A program made the translations under genes and the position numbers. A DNA stretch of 64,000 bases from an uncultured Planctomycetaceae bacterium (GTDB lineage: Bacteria > Planctomycetota > Phycisphaerae > SM23-33), in the NCBI GenBank assembly GCA_964557575.1, contig CAZLBC010000012.1:17400-81399 (forward strand). Direction: 5' to 3'. The notes beneath the pieces are model-generated. The model saw nothing but the letters and a program-made list of their open reading frames with translations. It made no database searches and had not been told where the DNA came from. This document shows positions 46,711 through 57,035 of this stretch, in pieces. Each line of letters begins with the position of its first letter. Position 1 is the stretch's first letter.

Positions 46711-47852
46711 ACAGCTTATTTCCTGCAATGAGCTTCGCACAAAGCGAAATCGCCCGGAACGGGTTACCGTCTTCACCCGAAGAGGACCCCGCGGCGATCG
46801 CGGATATCCCCGCTTCTCCGCCCGCCAGGGTACTCATCATTAAACCGAGTTCGCTCGGTGACATCATCACGGCTCTTCCCGCACTGCGGGGACTCAAGCG
46901 ATCCTTTCCGCACTGCCGGGTTTCATGGCTGGTCTCCGAAAAACATGCCGAGATACTCGCGCACGAAAACCGGATCGACGAGGTCATCATTTTCGAGAGA
47001 ACCAAGCTCGGCAAATGGCACCGCTCGCCGCGTTCCATGGTCGCGCTGCTGTCGCTCAAAAGAAAACTGCGGGAGGGTAATTTCGACTGGACAATCGACC
47101 TCCAGGGTCTTTTCAGAAGCGGTGTATTCTGTAAATGGACACGGTCGCCCGTGAGAATCGGTTTTCCCGACGCGCGCGAAGGCGCAACCGCCTTCTATAC
47201 GCACCAGCCCGAAATTCACTCGTCTCACATCGTTGATCGTGTCGTGGAATTGTGCGGGGCGGTGGGTATCCACGCACAGGCGAAAGACATGCTGTTGGGC
47301 CCTTCACCGGAGGGAATCGCATTTCTCGAAGACCTCGTCATACTCCACGGGCTGCAGAAGTTCGGCTACTTTGTCTGCGCGCCGACGACCAGGTGGCCCG
47401 CAAAAACATACCCGGCGCGCCACTGGAGAAGGGTCGTTTCCCGATTGTCCAGGACGGCGCCGGTGATCATCGTCGCCGGTCATTCCGATACCGAGAGAAT
47501 GATCGGCGCCGAAATCACCCGCGACATGCCTGAACATGTCCTGGACCTTTCGGGGAGGACCAACCTTCAGGAACTTCTCGCGGTCATAACATATTCATCA
47601 GTGGTCCTTTGTGGGGATTCCGCCGCAAAATTCATCTCGGCCGCAGCGGACACGCCGTGCATTACGCTCATGGGACCGACGCGAACCGAGAAAACGGGTC
47701 CCACAGGCAGGGCAACGGCCCTCGTGTCTGGAGTCTCCTGCCAGGGATGTCTTAAGAAACACTGTCGCCATATGACCTGCATGCAAAGCATTAAACCCGA
47801 CCTGGTCTGCAGTTGTGCACTGGAGTACCACTCCGCGGAGCACCGGCAGTGA
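46707..47852 (+). CDS. Lipopolysaccharide heptosyltransferase (GT9 family, WaaC/WaaF/WaaQ-like) with a 40-aa Pro/Ser-rich N-terminal extension
   Basis: RVLIIKPSSLGDIITALPALRGL is the GT9 N-terminal signature, and the C-terminal half has a GT-B fold pattern. ATGA overlap with the kinase stop. Confidence 0.8.
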   Translation: MNSLFPAMSFAQSEIARNGLPSSPEEDPAAIADIPASPPARVLIIKPSSLGDIITALPALRGLKRSFPHCRVSWLVSEKHAEILAHENRIDEVIIFERTKLGKWHRSPRSMVALLSLKRKLREGNFDWTIDLQGLFRSGVFCKWTRSPVRIGFPDAREGATAFYTHQPEIHSSHIVDRVVELCGAVGIHAQAKDMLLGPSPEGIAFLEDLVILHGLQKFGYFVCAPTTRWPAKTYPARHWRRVVSRLSRTAPVIIVAGHSDTERMIGAEITRDMPEHVLDLSGRTNLQELLAVITYSSVVLCGDSAAKFISAAADTPCITLMGPTRTEKTGPTGRATALVSGVSCQGCLKKHCRHMTCMQSIKPDLVCSCALEYHSAEHRQ

Positions 47853-47899
47853 ATGTACTGAGAACGACAAAATACTATGTTCTGAAGTTTGAGCGATTC

Positions 47900-48418
47900 A
47901 TGGTCTACCGGGTCATGAGTCTCGACGACACCCCCCACCGCATAGCGCTGGGCGTGGCGATCGGTATTTTCGTCACCTGGACTCCCACGATCGGACTCCA
48001 GATGATCATAACGATCCTCCTTTCAACCCTGCTGAAGGCTAACAAGTTCGTCGGCGTTCCCTTTGTATGGATCTCAAATCCGGTTACCTTCGTCCCGATT
48101 TACGGACCGAATTACTGGCTGGGAGCCACCATTCTGGGAAAGGATCCCGGAAGCCGGTGGCAGGCCCTTTTCGCCGCCTCGGGGAGCGGCGGAAACTGGA
48201 TTGAACGTACCGGGCACTGGTTTGAATCGATAATGCCGATCTTCTGGGAATTGTGGCTGGGAAGCCTCGCGGTTTCCCTGCTGCTCGGCGTCATCACCTA
48301 CTTTCTGATGTACCGGTTGATTATCTTTTACCGGACAAAGCTGAACATGCTTCACCTCGGCCGCAAGAAACACGCGGGGGAAGGCCGGCAGCATGACGAT
48401 GAAAAGAACGAGGGGTAA
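47900..48418 (+). CDS. DUF2062-family membrane protein
   Basis: HRIALGVAIGIFVTWTPTIGLQMII and a C-terminal TM. The family is frequently adjacent to LPS/glycosyltransferase genes. Confidence 0.55.
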   Translation: MVYRVMSLDDTPHRIALGVAIGIFVTWTPTIGLQMIITILLSTLLKANKFVGVPFVWISNPVTFVPIYGPNYWLGATILGKDPGSRWQALFAASGSGGNWIERTGHWFESIMPIFWELWLGSLAVSLLLGVITYFLMYRLIIFYRTKLNMLHLGRKKHAGEGRQHDDEKNEG

Positions 48419-48449
48419 AACCGCCGCGGCATGGTATAATCCACGGTTC

Positions 48450-48992
48450 ATGCAGACACAACAGACCCAACTCGATTCTCTGTGCCTGTTTCTTTACAAC
48501 AGGCCCCTGCACCCCGAGCTTTTTGATATTTCACGCGAGATAATCAGCGGGGGCAAAGAGTACGAATGCCGTATTTGGATCACGGGATGTTCGCACGTGA
48601 TACACGTTCACGGGCCGGACGGGAGCCTCTGCGAAGTCGTCGCTGACGAACATGCGGAACTGCCGGAGAAGGGTCTCGTGGCTTCAATGCCGTTTCGACG
48701 TGAAAAATCCCTTCAGAAAGACTTCCCGGAATATATCTCATACACCGTGGGAACGCAGACGGAAACGATGAGCGAGAGGGTGTACGCGGAAACCCACGAG
48801 GAACTCATGCAGCTCGGCTGCAGGCTGGGCAGCCTCGTCTGCTTTCCCCGCTGGTCAAGCCGCGGCCTGCATCCCTTTACCTACATATCCATGGAAGCGG
48901 GGTCCGCGCGACTGCACACCCTGTCATTCCATGCCTTTCCCGCCGAATACACCATCACCAAGGTACAATCCATTTTTCAACTCAACCGGTGA
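48450..48992 (+). CDS. Hypothetical protein
   Basis: 180 aa from ATG 48450. An extended -10-like TGGTATAAT lies 10 nt upstream, suggesting a possibly leaderless message. No recognisable domain. Confidence 0.45.
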   Translation: MQTQQTQLDSLCLFLYNRPLHPELFDISREIISGGKEYECRIWITGCSHVIHVHGPDGSLCEVVADEHAELPEKGLVASMPFRREKSLQKDFPEYISYTVGTQTETMSERVYAETHEELMQLGCRLGSLVCFPRWSSRGLHPFTYISMEAGSARLHTLSFHAFPAEYTITKVQSIFQLNR

Positions 48993-49122
48993 CGGCCGTT
49001 TCGCGGGGGCACCACCACACTTCAATCGAATCCGTTCACGATTGTTGTCGTTGGAGCAGGAAGCAAGACAAGCGCAGAGAGGCTGTTGCTGGCATCCTGT
49101 ACAGGTTCATGTCGGGATTACT

Positions 49123-51036
49123 TCAATCTAAATACCAGTACCGTTCAACCGCCCGGTCGACTACCCTCTTGATGAAATCACCCCCGACTTTGACCGTGGC
49201 CCCCTCGTATATATTTGAAAAGTATTTATCCCGGAGCAAACCGTACTGTTCTTTTCTCAGTTTCTCCGCAATATCATCCTGCGCCTCAACAAACCCGCGG
49301 GATTCCCCCTCCTTGACGTCGAGCGCCTTGACGATAAAAAAGCCGCCGACATCACGGATAATCCCGCTTGTTTCGCCTTCCGCGAGTTCGAACGCCATCG
49401 CTTCGACCTTCTCCTCACGCTTATTGCCCCGTCCCATCAGACCCCATACACCCCCGTTCGATCGCATCGGCCCGGTCGAAAACTCTTCCGCCACCGCCGA
49501 AAAGCTGTTGCCGTTCTGCAGTGCGGCCAGCGCCTTTTCGATATGATTCCGGGCGGCCTTTTCCGCCGCCGCTCGCTCTATCTCGCTCGGCGTATCCGAA
49601 GGTTTCTCCGCATGTTCGTAAAAGGATTTCAACGGCTCAAACCGATTGAAATGGGCGGCTATGATCTGCATTTTCACTTTCTTCTCGGAAGAGAACTCGT
49701 CCTTGTGCTTGCGGTAGTAGTTCCAGAGTGTTCTCCTGTTGACGACGATCCGGGGATAGAATTTCTGCTGGAGATAGGTACTCACAATATAATCCCGACT
49801 CAGACCTCTCTCCATTGCTTCCAGGGCAATCCCCTCCCGCCGGCACTTATCTTCCAGCGCCTCCCGGCTGCCCCCCGCCTCGGCGATCATGCGCCGTATC
49901 TCTTTATCCACATCGGCCTGAATGAAATCTATGACCTGTTCCTTAAGTCTCCTTTCGGCCTCGGCAAAAACGAGGGACTGCTGGATCTGGTAGTGTATCT
50001 CGCTGCCGACGATTTCCAGGGCCTTTTTTCGAAACTCGAGCTGGGGAAGATCCCTGGGCAGTTCCAGGAATCTTTCATGCATGCCGTCGATAAGCTGATC
50101 GGCGTTCACAAAACGGTCATTAACCTGTACGGCCCCGCCCGAAACAATGACTTCCTCCCCCATGGCCAGGCCGGCGGGCTTCGATCGTCCGGCCGAAACC
50201 GGCACCGGCATCGGTCCCTCGTCCTTCGCCAGCGGGCCCACCGGGGGAACGTCACCGCCGGTATTCAAAGCGACTTCCCCGCGGCCGTCCTCCATCGCAT
50301 CAGGTAATTCCTTCTCGTCGACTCCCGCATCTTCATCAACGCCGTCGGTCACGGGCTTCGTATCGGTATTGCTTTTTTCCGATACCGTCTCCCACTGTCC
50401 CATCTGCGCAATCTTTTTCTGAATCACCTTGTACGGCACCCCCCTGCCGCCGCCGGAAACCCGCGCGATGGCTTCGCGCAGATCGCTTCTCCTCGATGCG
50501 TGTTCTCCGCCCGCATCAACTCCCCTCGACGTTACACGTTCCGACGTGGTCGGTCGAACGCGATGATTCTCGTCATCAGGACTCGTCGTCGGTTTTTTGA
50601 CTGATCCGTTACCGCTTTCCGGCGCGCGCGCCTCAGGTTCGACGCCATCTACAGTATTGTTCGGGGCCGCGTTCTCCACCGTTTTCCCGCCACCGTTCAG
50701 GGGGGGGAGTTGGAGGTTTTCCGACCAGTCATCGTTCTGTGCACCCGTTGCTACCGAGCGATTGTCCGGCTCGCCCGCCGCGCCGGTTTTTTCGCCGTCT
50801 GCTCCCGCAGCCTGTTTCATCAGGTCTTCCAGGGCGAGGGGATCGGCGTCTCCCGCGTCTTGGGCAGGCGGCTCCTCGAGCGGCGGGGGAGGCAGTTCGC
50901 CCGACTCGCTTGAAGGAATCACCGGTTCAACCTCCTCGCTGGACATCCAGTCGGGCATATTCTCCGTACCGCACCCGAATAGCGGAACGGCAAGCAACAC
51001 CGTCATAATAGAGTGAATTATACGGTTCTCAGTCAT
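49123..51036 (-). CDS. Peptidyl-prolyl cis-trans isomerase lipoprotein, SurA/PpiD-like chaperone plus parvulin domain, with a ~300-aa acidic disordered N-terminal region
   Basis: Lipobox LFGCG. The C-terminal SurA-N-like chaperone region and parvulin rotamase domain (GGVWGLMGRG, FFIVKALDV) sit behind a long D/E/P/G-rich low-complexity segment. Confidence 0.75.
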   Translation of the reverse strand: MTENRIIHSIMTVLLAVPLFGCGTENMPDWMSSEEVEPVIPSSESGELPPPPLEEPPAQDAGDADPLALEDLMKQAAGADGEKTGAAGEPDNRSVATGAQNDDWSENLQLPPLNGGGKTVENAAPNNTVDGVEPEARAPESGNGSVKKPTTSPDDENHRVRPTTSERVTSRGVDAGGEHASRRSDLREAIARVSGGGRGVPYKVIQKKIAQMGQWETVSEKSNTDTKPVTDGVDEDAGVDEKELPDAMEDGRGEVALNTGGDVPPVGPLAKDEGPMPVPVSAGRSKPAGLAMGEEVIVSGGAVQVNDRFVNADQLIDGMHERFLELPRDLPQLEFRKKALEIVGSEIHYQIQQSLVFAEAERRLKEQVIDFIQADVDKEIRRMIAEAGGSREALEDKCRREGIALEAMERGLSRDYIVSTYLQQKFYPRIVVNRRTLWNYYRKHKDEFSSEKKVKMQIIAAHFNRFEPLKSFYEHAEKPSDTPSEIERAAAEKAARNHIEKALAALQNGNSFSAVAEEFSTGPMRSNGGVWGLMGRGNKREEKVEAMAFELAEGETSGIIRDVGGFFIVKALDVKEGESRGFVEAQDDIAEKLRKEQYGLLRDKYFSNIYEGATVKVGGDFIKRVVDRAVERYWYLD

Positions 51037-51210
51037 ACCAGTCCTCGCTGAAAGAGCCCGCCGCGCCTTTCAGCAGTCGCAATTTATCCGCCGCAAACTG
51101 AACGGTAGTTTGAATATCACCTTAATTTACTATTATATTATAGGTAATGCGCCGTTCCTATGATATGTGAAATCACGCAATCGTCAACAATCATGCAGAG
51201 GAGACGCTTG

Positions 51211-51360
51211 ATGATCATTTTGATGGAAGTACTGGTCGGGTCGGTAACGGCGGGAGTGATCACGTTGATCGTGATGGCCGTATCGCTGAATGATATCAAA
51301 AAAAGCTTCGCCGCTCTTCTTGAACAGGCCACGGAAGAGAAATCGGGCGACCGGAATTAA
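51211..51360 (+). CDS. 49-aa single-TM small protein, hypothetical
   Basis: MIILMEVLVGSVTAGVITLIVMAVSLNDIKKSFAALLEQATEEKSGDRN with GAGGAG RBS 8 nt upstream. The track ORF 51160 is a 5' over-extension. Confidence 0.3.
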   Translation: MIILMEVLVGSVTAGVITLIVMAVSLNDIKKSFAALLEQATEEKSGDRN

Positions 51361-51367
51361 GGTTCTT

Positions 51368-54300
51368 TCAGGACTTCTTTCTCAGTGTCCCGAGCAGCAA
51401 TTCCAGCAGTACCGCCGGCCGGCGCTGTTCTTCCGGCGGCCGCCAGTGAATCGTTCCTTCGCCCGGGCACCGGAGACTTCCGTCGAGAACCGCGAATACG
51501 TCTCGCAGCCTTCCGGCATCCCGTGTTGAAAAGACGATATCGGGATCATTGAAAACCGCGCTCTCGACCTCGATTTCCGACAGGCGCACCCGCAGTTCGG
51601 CGGTTTCCAGCAGCCGGGACACCCGCGCGGGAAGCGATCCGCAGGCATCGGCGATATCCTCTCTGAGGTCCGCAACCTCACCAGGCGTACAGCACGCTCC
51701 TATCCGGCGGTAATACTCCATCCGCTGCCGGTCCGAGGAAATATAATCGACGGGTATGTACGCCTCGAGACCGAGCTCCAGGTGAACGCGCACCCGCCGC
51801 GGCGGTTCTTCACCCCTCAGGCGGCACGATGCCTCCTCCAGGAGGCTGCAGTACATCTCATAGCCGACCGCCGCAATATGCCCGCTCTGCTGGGGACCGA
51901 GGATATTGCCGGCCCCCCGTATTTCCAGGTCGCGCATGGCGATGCGAAACCCGGCTCCCAGCTCGGAACACTCCTCTATGGCCTTGAGCCTCCTGGCCGC
52001 CGCCATCGAAAGACCGCGGGTTTTCGGCAGAAGCAGGTAACAGTAGGCGCGGTGCTTGTATCGCCCTATCCGTCCCCGCAGCTGGTGGAGTTCGGCGAGA
52101 CCGAAGCGATCGGCGTCCCGGACGATCAACGTATTCGCGGCGGGGATATCGAGCCCCGACTCGATGATGGTCGTACACACCAGCACGTCGATGGTTCCCG
52201 CGACAAACCGTATCATGACATCCTCGAGCGCCGCCCTGGGCATGCGCCCGTGGGCAACGGCCACGGTCCCGCCACCGGCCAATCGCCTGACACGGTCGGC
52301 GACCTGCTGTATGCCCATGACCCGGTTATGCAGGAAAAACACCTGTCCGCCGCGGTTGCGTTCGCCGGCGATTGCGGTGCGAATGAGGCCGTCGTCTTCC
52401 GGGACAACCTCGGTTCGGATCGCCTGCCGGTCTATCGGGGGCGTCTGCAGGGCGGTGATGTCGCGGAGGCCGAGCATCGCCATGTGCAGCGTCCGCGGGA
52501 TCGGCGTCGCCGTGAGCGTCATCACGTCGACGCTCGCGCGAAGGGTCTTGAGGTACTCCTTCGCCGCAACCCCGAATCGCTGCTCCTCGTCGATAACGAC
52601 AAGCCCGAGATCCGGGAACCTCACGTCGCCGCTCAGGAGCCGGTGGGTGCCGATAACAACGTCGACGACCCCCGTGGCCAGCCGGTCGATCACCGCTTTC
52701 TGTTGTGCCGGTGTCCGCAAACGACTCAGCATTTCCACCCGGACGGGGTAATCGGCAAAACGCTCGGAAAAGGTACGGCAGTGCTGCTCGGCCAGGAGCG
52801 TAGTCGGCACGAGAACGGCCGTCTGCGCCCCTTCTTCCGCGGCACTCATGGCCGCCCGCATCGCCAGTTCCGTCTTCCCGTACCCCACGTCGCCGCAGAC
52901 GAGCCGGTCCATGGGTCGCGCCGCCGCCATGTCACGGGCTATCTGACCGACCGCCTCGATCTGGTCGGGTGTCTCGGTGTACGGAAATTCGTCCGCGAAC
53001 TGCCGCTGTATCTCCGTGTCGGCGGGAAAGGCCCTGCCCGGCGATGCCCGCCGCGCCGCCTGCACCCTGAGGAGTTCGGCGGCCATGTCCTCGACCGCCT
53101 CGCCGACCTTCCGGCGGGTCCGTGCCCAGTGCCTGCCGCCCAGGGCACTCAGCGAAGGACGGCGGCCACTCGGCCCGACATACTTCTGCACCAGGCCGAT
53201 GCGGGCGGCAGGAACGTGGAGCACCGCGTTGTTTCGGAATCGCAGCTTCAGGTACTCCTCGGTCACCCCGTCGCGATCGAGCCGGCCGAGCCCCTCGTAT
53301 TTCGCGATGCCGTGCGATACATGGACGACATAATCCCCCTTATCGAGATCGACGAATGACCTTACGGGACGGCCCGGACGAATGCGTTGCGCGCGGCGAA
53401 ACCGCGAATAGCGCTTGTATATTTCGTGATGTCCGACCGCCGCTGCCTGTATACCCGGCCAGTGAAATCCCTTCGACAGGTGACCCCGCACCAGCCGGGC
53501 ACCGGCCGCGAGGGCGGGATACTTCTGATGTGTCAGTTGCCGGAAACGCTCTCGCTCGGCCTCGTTCGCGCAGGCGATCCAGACGGCGCACCGGGAGGCG
53601 AGGTGTTCCAGTTCACCCAGCGCCCGCTCCGTTTCGAGCGACAGAAACTCGAGCGAACGGATACCCAGGTCAATCTCGTCATCACTTTGTTCGGAAAAGT
53701 AGTGCATGTCCGCGCGGCGGAATCGCTGCATGGCGGAAAAGAGATCCGCCGCGTCGAGCAGGCCGGCGGGCGCATCGCGTTTCTCCGCGTTGAAGGACGC
53801 GCGGTTGTATATCTCGGCCGCCAGCTCCCGCAGTTGTTCGGTATCGAGCGCGCAGATCATCGCGCGGTCGGGAAGATAATCCAGGAGGGTTCCGCCCGCC
53901 GCACCGCCGGCCGACAGCGAGGGTATCACGCACGATGAGATCTCCCCGGTGCTCCGCTGGGTGTCCGGGTCGAGAAGCCGCATCGATTCGATCGTATCAC
54001 CGAAGTACTCGATCCGCACGGCGCCGCTGCGGACCGGAAAGAACACGTCCACGATGCCGCCCCGGCGGGCGTATTCGCCGGGGACGTCGACCTGCTCGAC
54101 GGCATCGTAATCGTGGTCGACGAGCCACGCGGCGAGCTGCTCGGGGGGATACTCCCCGCCCTGCTCGAGCCGGCAACACCGGGAGGCCAGCGCGCCGGGC
54201 GCGGGAACGGGCTGGAGCAGCGCCACCACGGACGCAATGATGCAGTCGGTCCGTTGTCCTGCGCGCGCTGTCGACTTCCGGTCGTCATCCGCCAGCAGGT

Positions 54301-54622
54301 TCAGGATCTGCAGCCGCCGGGCGGTGATTTCGGGGTTCGGCCGGTCGACGCCCGGCCGTGATTCCCACGCCGGAAACTGCCGGACAGCGATGTATCCCGG
54401 CTCCGTCGCATCGAGCAGCGCGATATCCTCGGCGGCCTCGTCTGAATCGTCGTCATGCCGCACGATATAAAGCACCGGCCGGCCGGTGAGCCGCCCCAGG
54501 GCCGCCGCGACAAAGGCCGGGGCGGCGCCCCACAACCCGCCGATCGCCACGCGGCTGCGCGGGCCGGAGAGGCGATCGCCGGCTTCGCGTAACAGTTTGT
54601 AATTAATGATCTTATCGAACAT
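51368..54622 (-). CDS. mfd: Transcription-repair coupling factor
   Basis: About 1085 aa with UvrB-homology N-domain, RNAP-interacting domain, DEAD/DEAH translocase (GDVGYGKTE, DEEQRFG) and TRG motif. The ATG at 54622 has a GGAAGG RBS. Confidence 0.95.
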   Translation of the reverse strand: MFDKIINYKLLREAGDRLSGPRSRVAIGGLWGAAPAFVAAALGRLTGRPVLYIVRHDDDSDEAAEDIALLDATEPGYIAVRQFPAWESRPGVDRPNPEITARRLQILNLLADDDRKSTARAGQRTDCIIASVVALLQPVPAPGALASRCCRLEQGGEYPPEQLAAWLVDHDYDAVEQVDVPGEYARRGGIVDVFFPVRSGAVRIEYFGDTIESMRLLDPDTQRSTGEISSCVIPSLSAGGAAGGTLLDYLPDRAMICALDTEQLRELAAEIYNRASFNAEKRDAPAGLLDAADLFSAMQRFRRADMHYFSEQSDDEIDLGIRSLEFLSLETERALGELEHLASRCAVWIACANEAERERFRQLTHQKYPALAAGARLVRGHLSKGFHWPGIQAAAVGHHEIYKRYSRFRRAQRIRPGRPVRSFVDLDKGDYVVHVSHGIAKYEGLGRLDRDGVTEEYLKLRFRNNAVLHVPAARIGLVQKYVGPSGRRPSLSALGGRHWARTRRKVGEAVEDMAAELLRVQAARRASPGRAFPADTEIQRQFADEFPYTETPDQIEAVGQIARDMAAARPMDRLVCGDVGYGKTELAMRAAMSAAEEGAQTAVLVPTTLLAEQHCRTFSERFADYPVRVEMLSRLRTPAQQKAVIDRLATGVVDVVIGTHRLLSGDVRFPDLGLVVIDEEQRFGVAAKEYLKTLRASVDVMTLTATPIPRTLHMAMLGLRDITALQTPPIDRQAIRTEVVPEDDGLIRTAIAGERNRGGQVFFLHNRVMGIQQVADRVRRLAGGGTVAVAHGRMPRAALEDVMIRFVAGTIDVLVCTTIIESGLDIPAANTLIVRDADRFGLAELHQLRGRIGRYKHRAYCYLLLPKTRGLSMAAARRLKAIEECSELGAGFRIAMRDLEIRGAGNILGPQQSGHIAAVGYEMYCSLLEEASCRLRGEEPPRRVRVHLELGLEAYIPVDYISSDRQRMEYYRRIGACCTPGEVADLREDIADACGSLPARVSRLLETAELRVRLSEIEVESAVFNDPDIVFSTRDAGRLRDVFAVLDGSLRCPGEGTIHWRPPEEQRRPAVLLELLLGTLRKKS

Positions 54623-54722
54623 GCCTTCCGACCCGCTCACCGCGTGTGCGCATGAAAAAACCCGGGATCGGGCCCATACCCGGTCCCGTGCCGGTGCGAC
54701 CGAAGAAATTACTGTTCCCGCC

Positions 54723-55499
54723 CTACTGCGGGAAGGCCAGCCACTCGTATATCAGGAACTGCATGCGGCCGATCAGCAGCGAGAGGCGCGCCATGACGGT
54801 GTAACCGAACGACGCGCCGAACGAAATCATCAGCACCAAAATGCCGAATTTCGACACGCCGCCGCCGAAACCCTTGTGCTCCAGGGAGAAGAAAAAGTAC
54901 CACAGGACCGCCACGGTACTCGCCAGGACGAACACCGCGCAGAAAATATCGAAATAGTACACCCAGCCCGTGCCGTTATTCTCCAGCAGCGGCCTGACGG
55001 AGGCCTCGAGCTGCTTGAGTACAAAGCTGTCGGTCACGAACACGATGCCCACGCCCGCGCCCCAGCCGACCATAAGGGCGTATGAATAGCGGCTCATCCA
55101 CGACCGTTTTTTCGACAGCCGCATCAGGATCAGGATGCCGAGAATCACCGGCCACGTACGCAGCATCAGGGCCTCCATGAGCGCGTCGTGCGTCGGTGCG
55201 TTGAAGAACTTGTCGTACACCTCGGGCCGGAGGTACGTCTCCCACATGATAATGATCATGTACCCCGTCGTGACGCCGACGTAGAGATTCTCGGCGATCT
55301 TGAACAGGGGATTGTCGCGGTAGAGGAAGCTGTACATCGCCAGCGTCAGTCCGGCGGCGATGATGATCCCGATCGTCTCGCGGGAAAATACACGGTGAGA
55401 CAGCAGGCTGAGCACGCCAAACGCGACGATGATACAGAACAGCGCGATCAACTCGATCATCCGCCGGCGTGAACTGATTGTCTCCTGTGCTGTCGCCAT
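54723..55499 (-). CDS. Polytopic membrane protein, last gene of an uncharacterised 8-gene operon
   Basis: 258 aa with six or more hydrophobic helices and no recognised family. Its start is 4 nt downstream of the preceding gene's stop. Confidence 0.55.
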   Translation of the reverse strand: MATAQETISSRRRMIELIALFCIIVAFGVLSLLSHRVFSRETIGIIIAAGLTLAMYSFLYRDNPLFKIAENLYVGVTTGYMIIIMWETYLRPEVYDKFFNAPTHDALMEALMLRTWPVILGILILMRLSKKRSWMSRYSYALMVGWGAGVGIVFVTDSFVLKQLEASVRPLLENNGTGWVYYFDIFCAVFVLASTVAVLWYFFFSLEHKGFGGGVSKFGILVLMISFGASFGYTVMARLSLLIGRMQFLIYEWLAFPQ

Positions 55500-55503
55500 A
55501 GGC

Positions 55504-56343
55504 TTATTTCTTTCTCTTCCCGGTGAACCGCGCGAGCATGAACCGCAGGTTGGCGACGATTATGAGCCCGATAATCAGCAGGTGCGCCATCGACTGGGCG
55601 GTCATGCCCCGGGTGGCGCTGTCGCTCTTGTCGATAAGCTGCTCGTAATCCGCCGCGCCGCGCAGGCCGCCGAGGCATCCCTTGATCTGCTTGGCGTCCA
55701 TCAACGGGTACAGGTCGGGCGTCATGACGGCCGTCGTACCGGTGATGAAGGGGATATCGTGCCGGTCGGTACCGTAGGCGATCCATTCCTCGTAGGTAAT
55801 GCCGGCCTCGATACCGACGAAGAGCGGAAAATCGCCCAGTTTGTCTATCCCATCGAGGGCGGCCATGCCGTCGGTTGGTTCGCCGTAAAAATCCTTGTCG
55901 AACGCCCGCTTCAGGTCTTCACCGATGTTCAATATGAGGTTCACGCGGCCCGGCCGGTAGCCGAGGAAGACATAATCTTCTCCCGATTTCATGCCGTATT
56001 CCCCGGCGACCTGCTCGCTCATATCCCGGGCCAGGCCGATCCCCCGCGGCCAGTGCGTCATGACGACCGGCACGAGTCCCCGCTCGAAGCAGTGGCGGAG
56101 GACGGCAACGCTCATCGGCCGCAGTTCGGGTTCCGCGGCGGGATCGAAATCGAATGCCACCAGGACGCGCGTTCCCTCATCGAGTCGCTCAATCTCCTCG
56201 TAAAACATCACCGCCTTCGCGGAGGACTTGAACGGCAGCACGAATTTCAGGAGAAACGGGGTGATCACCGCGACGGCGACCAGGTTGAATATGATCCACT
56301 TGGTGATCTCGACGCGCCGCAACTCGTGCTGGGCGATAGCCAT
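55504..56343 (-). CDS. Bitopic membrane protein (N- and C-terminal TM helices flanking a ~200-aa soluble domain), uncharacterised operon component
   Basis: The true start MAIAQHELRRVEITKWIIFNLVAVAV at 56343 forms an ATGA overlap with the upstream stop. The track ORF is 5'-extended into junk. Confidence 0.55.
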   Translation of the reverse strand: MAIAQHELRRVEITKWIIFNLVAVAVITPFLLKFVLPFKSSAKAVMFYEEIERLDEGTRVLVAFDFDPAAEPELRPMSVAVLRHCFERGLVPVVMTHWPRGIGLARDMSEQVAGEYGMKSGEDYVFLGYRPGRVNLILNIGEDLKRAFDKDFYGEPTDGMAALDGIDKLGDFPLFVGIEAGITYEEWIAYGTDRHDIPFITGTTAVMTPDLYPLMDAKQIKGCLGGLRGAADYEQLIDKSDSATRGMTAQSMAHLLIIGLIIVANLRFMLARFTGKRKK

Positions 56344-57017
56344 CAGTCTCCCCCTCCCATGTAGGATCGCTCTATCCCGAATATGATCCGCAGGTACTGC
56401 GAGATGGCCCCCAGGCTGACGCCGAGCAGAATGCCCCGCTTGGCCGCCATGTTCGGATAATCCATCATCCACTCGGCCGTCCTGGCAAACAACTGGGAAT
56501 CCCCGAACCACCTGCCGGCCACTTCACTGATAGGTACGCGGCCGAACATGACGATGATAGCGGAGATCAACAGCAGCGCCGCGCCGAGATTCCTCGCCCG
56601 AAACGTCCTGAACGCGGCGCTCGCCATGAAAAAGGCGAGAATCGAGAAGATGGTGGCGCCGCACGGCACCTGGATATTCATATAGCACCACTGGAACCAC
56701 GATTCACCTTCCCTCGGCATGGGAACCAGCGGCCCGAGGCCCTCGTTCCAGATCCCGAGGACCATCATTCCCACGATGCCGATGAAGACGAAAATACTGT
56801 AGGCCCAGCCGGGCTGGCGGCGCTTGATACGCATGTAGTGCATGTGCGTCAGGCTCCACAGCCCCAGGAGCATGGCGAAACCGAAAATGATGTACATCCA
56901 CGTCGTAATCTCCCCCCGAAACGTCGACGCGAACGGATGCGGGACGAAAAGATGCACGAACCCGACCACGCCTATGGTAAAGGCAATCAGAAGCGGCAGT
57001 GTCCGTTTATACCACAT
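56343..57017 (-). CDS. Polytopic membrane protein (224 aa), uncharacterised operon component
   Basis: Five or six TM helices. It does not match the NqrD/E or RnfA/E signatures that were checked. Confidence 0.55.
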   Translation of the reverse strand: MWYKRTLPLLIAFTIGVVGFVHLFVPHPFASTFRGEITTWMYIIFGFAMLLGLWSLTHMHYMRIKRRQPGWAYSIFVFIGIVGMMVLGIWNEGLGPLVPMPREGESWFQWCYMNIQVPCGATIFSILAFFMASAAFRTFRARNLGAALLLISAIIVMFGRVPISEVAGRWFGDSQLFARTAEWMMDYPNMAAKRGILLGVSLGAISQYLRIIFGIERSYMGGGD

Positions 57018-57035
57018 GGTTTCTTCGCGCGACTC

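Noticed and set aside
51782-53359. 525-aa plus-strand ORF opposite mfd
   Set aside because: It is antisense to mfd and its composition is Arg/Pro/Gly-rich.
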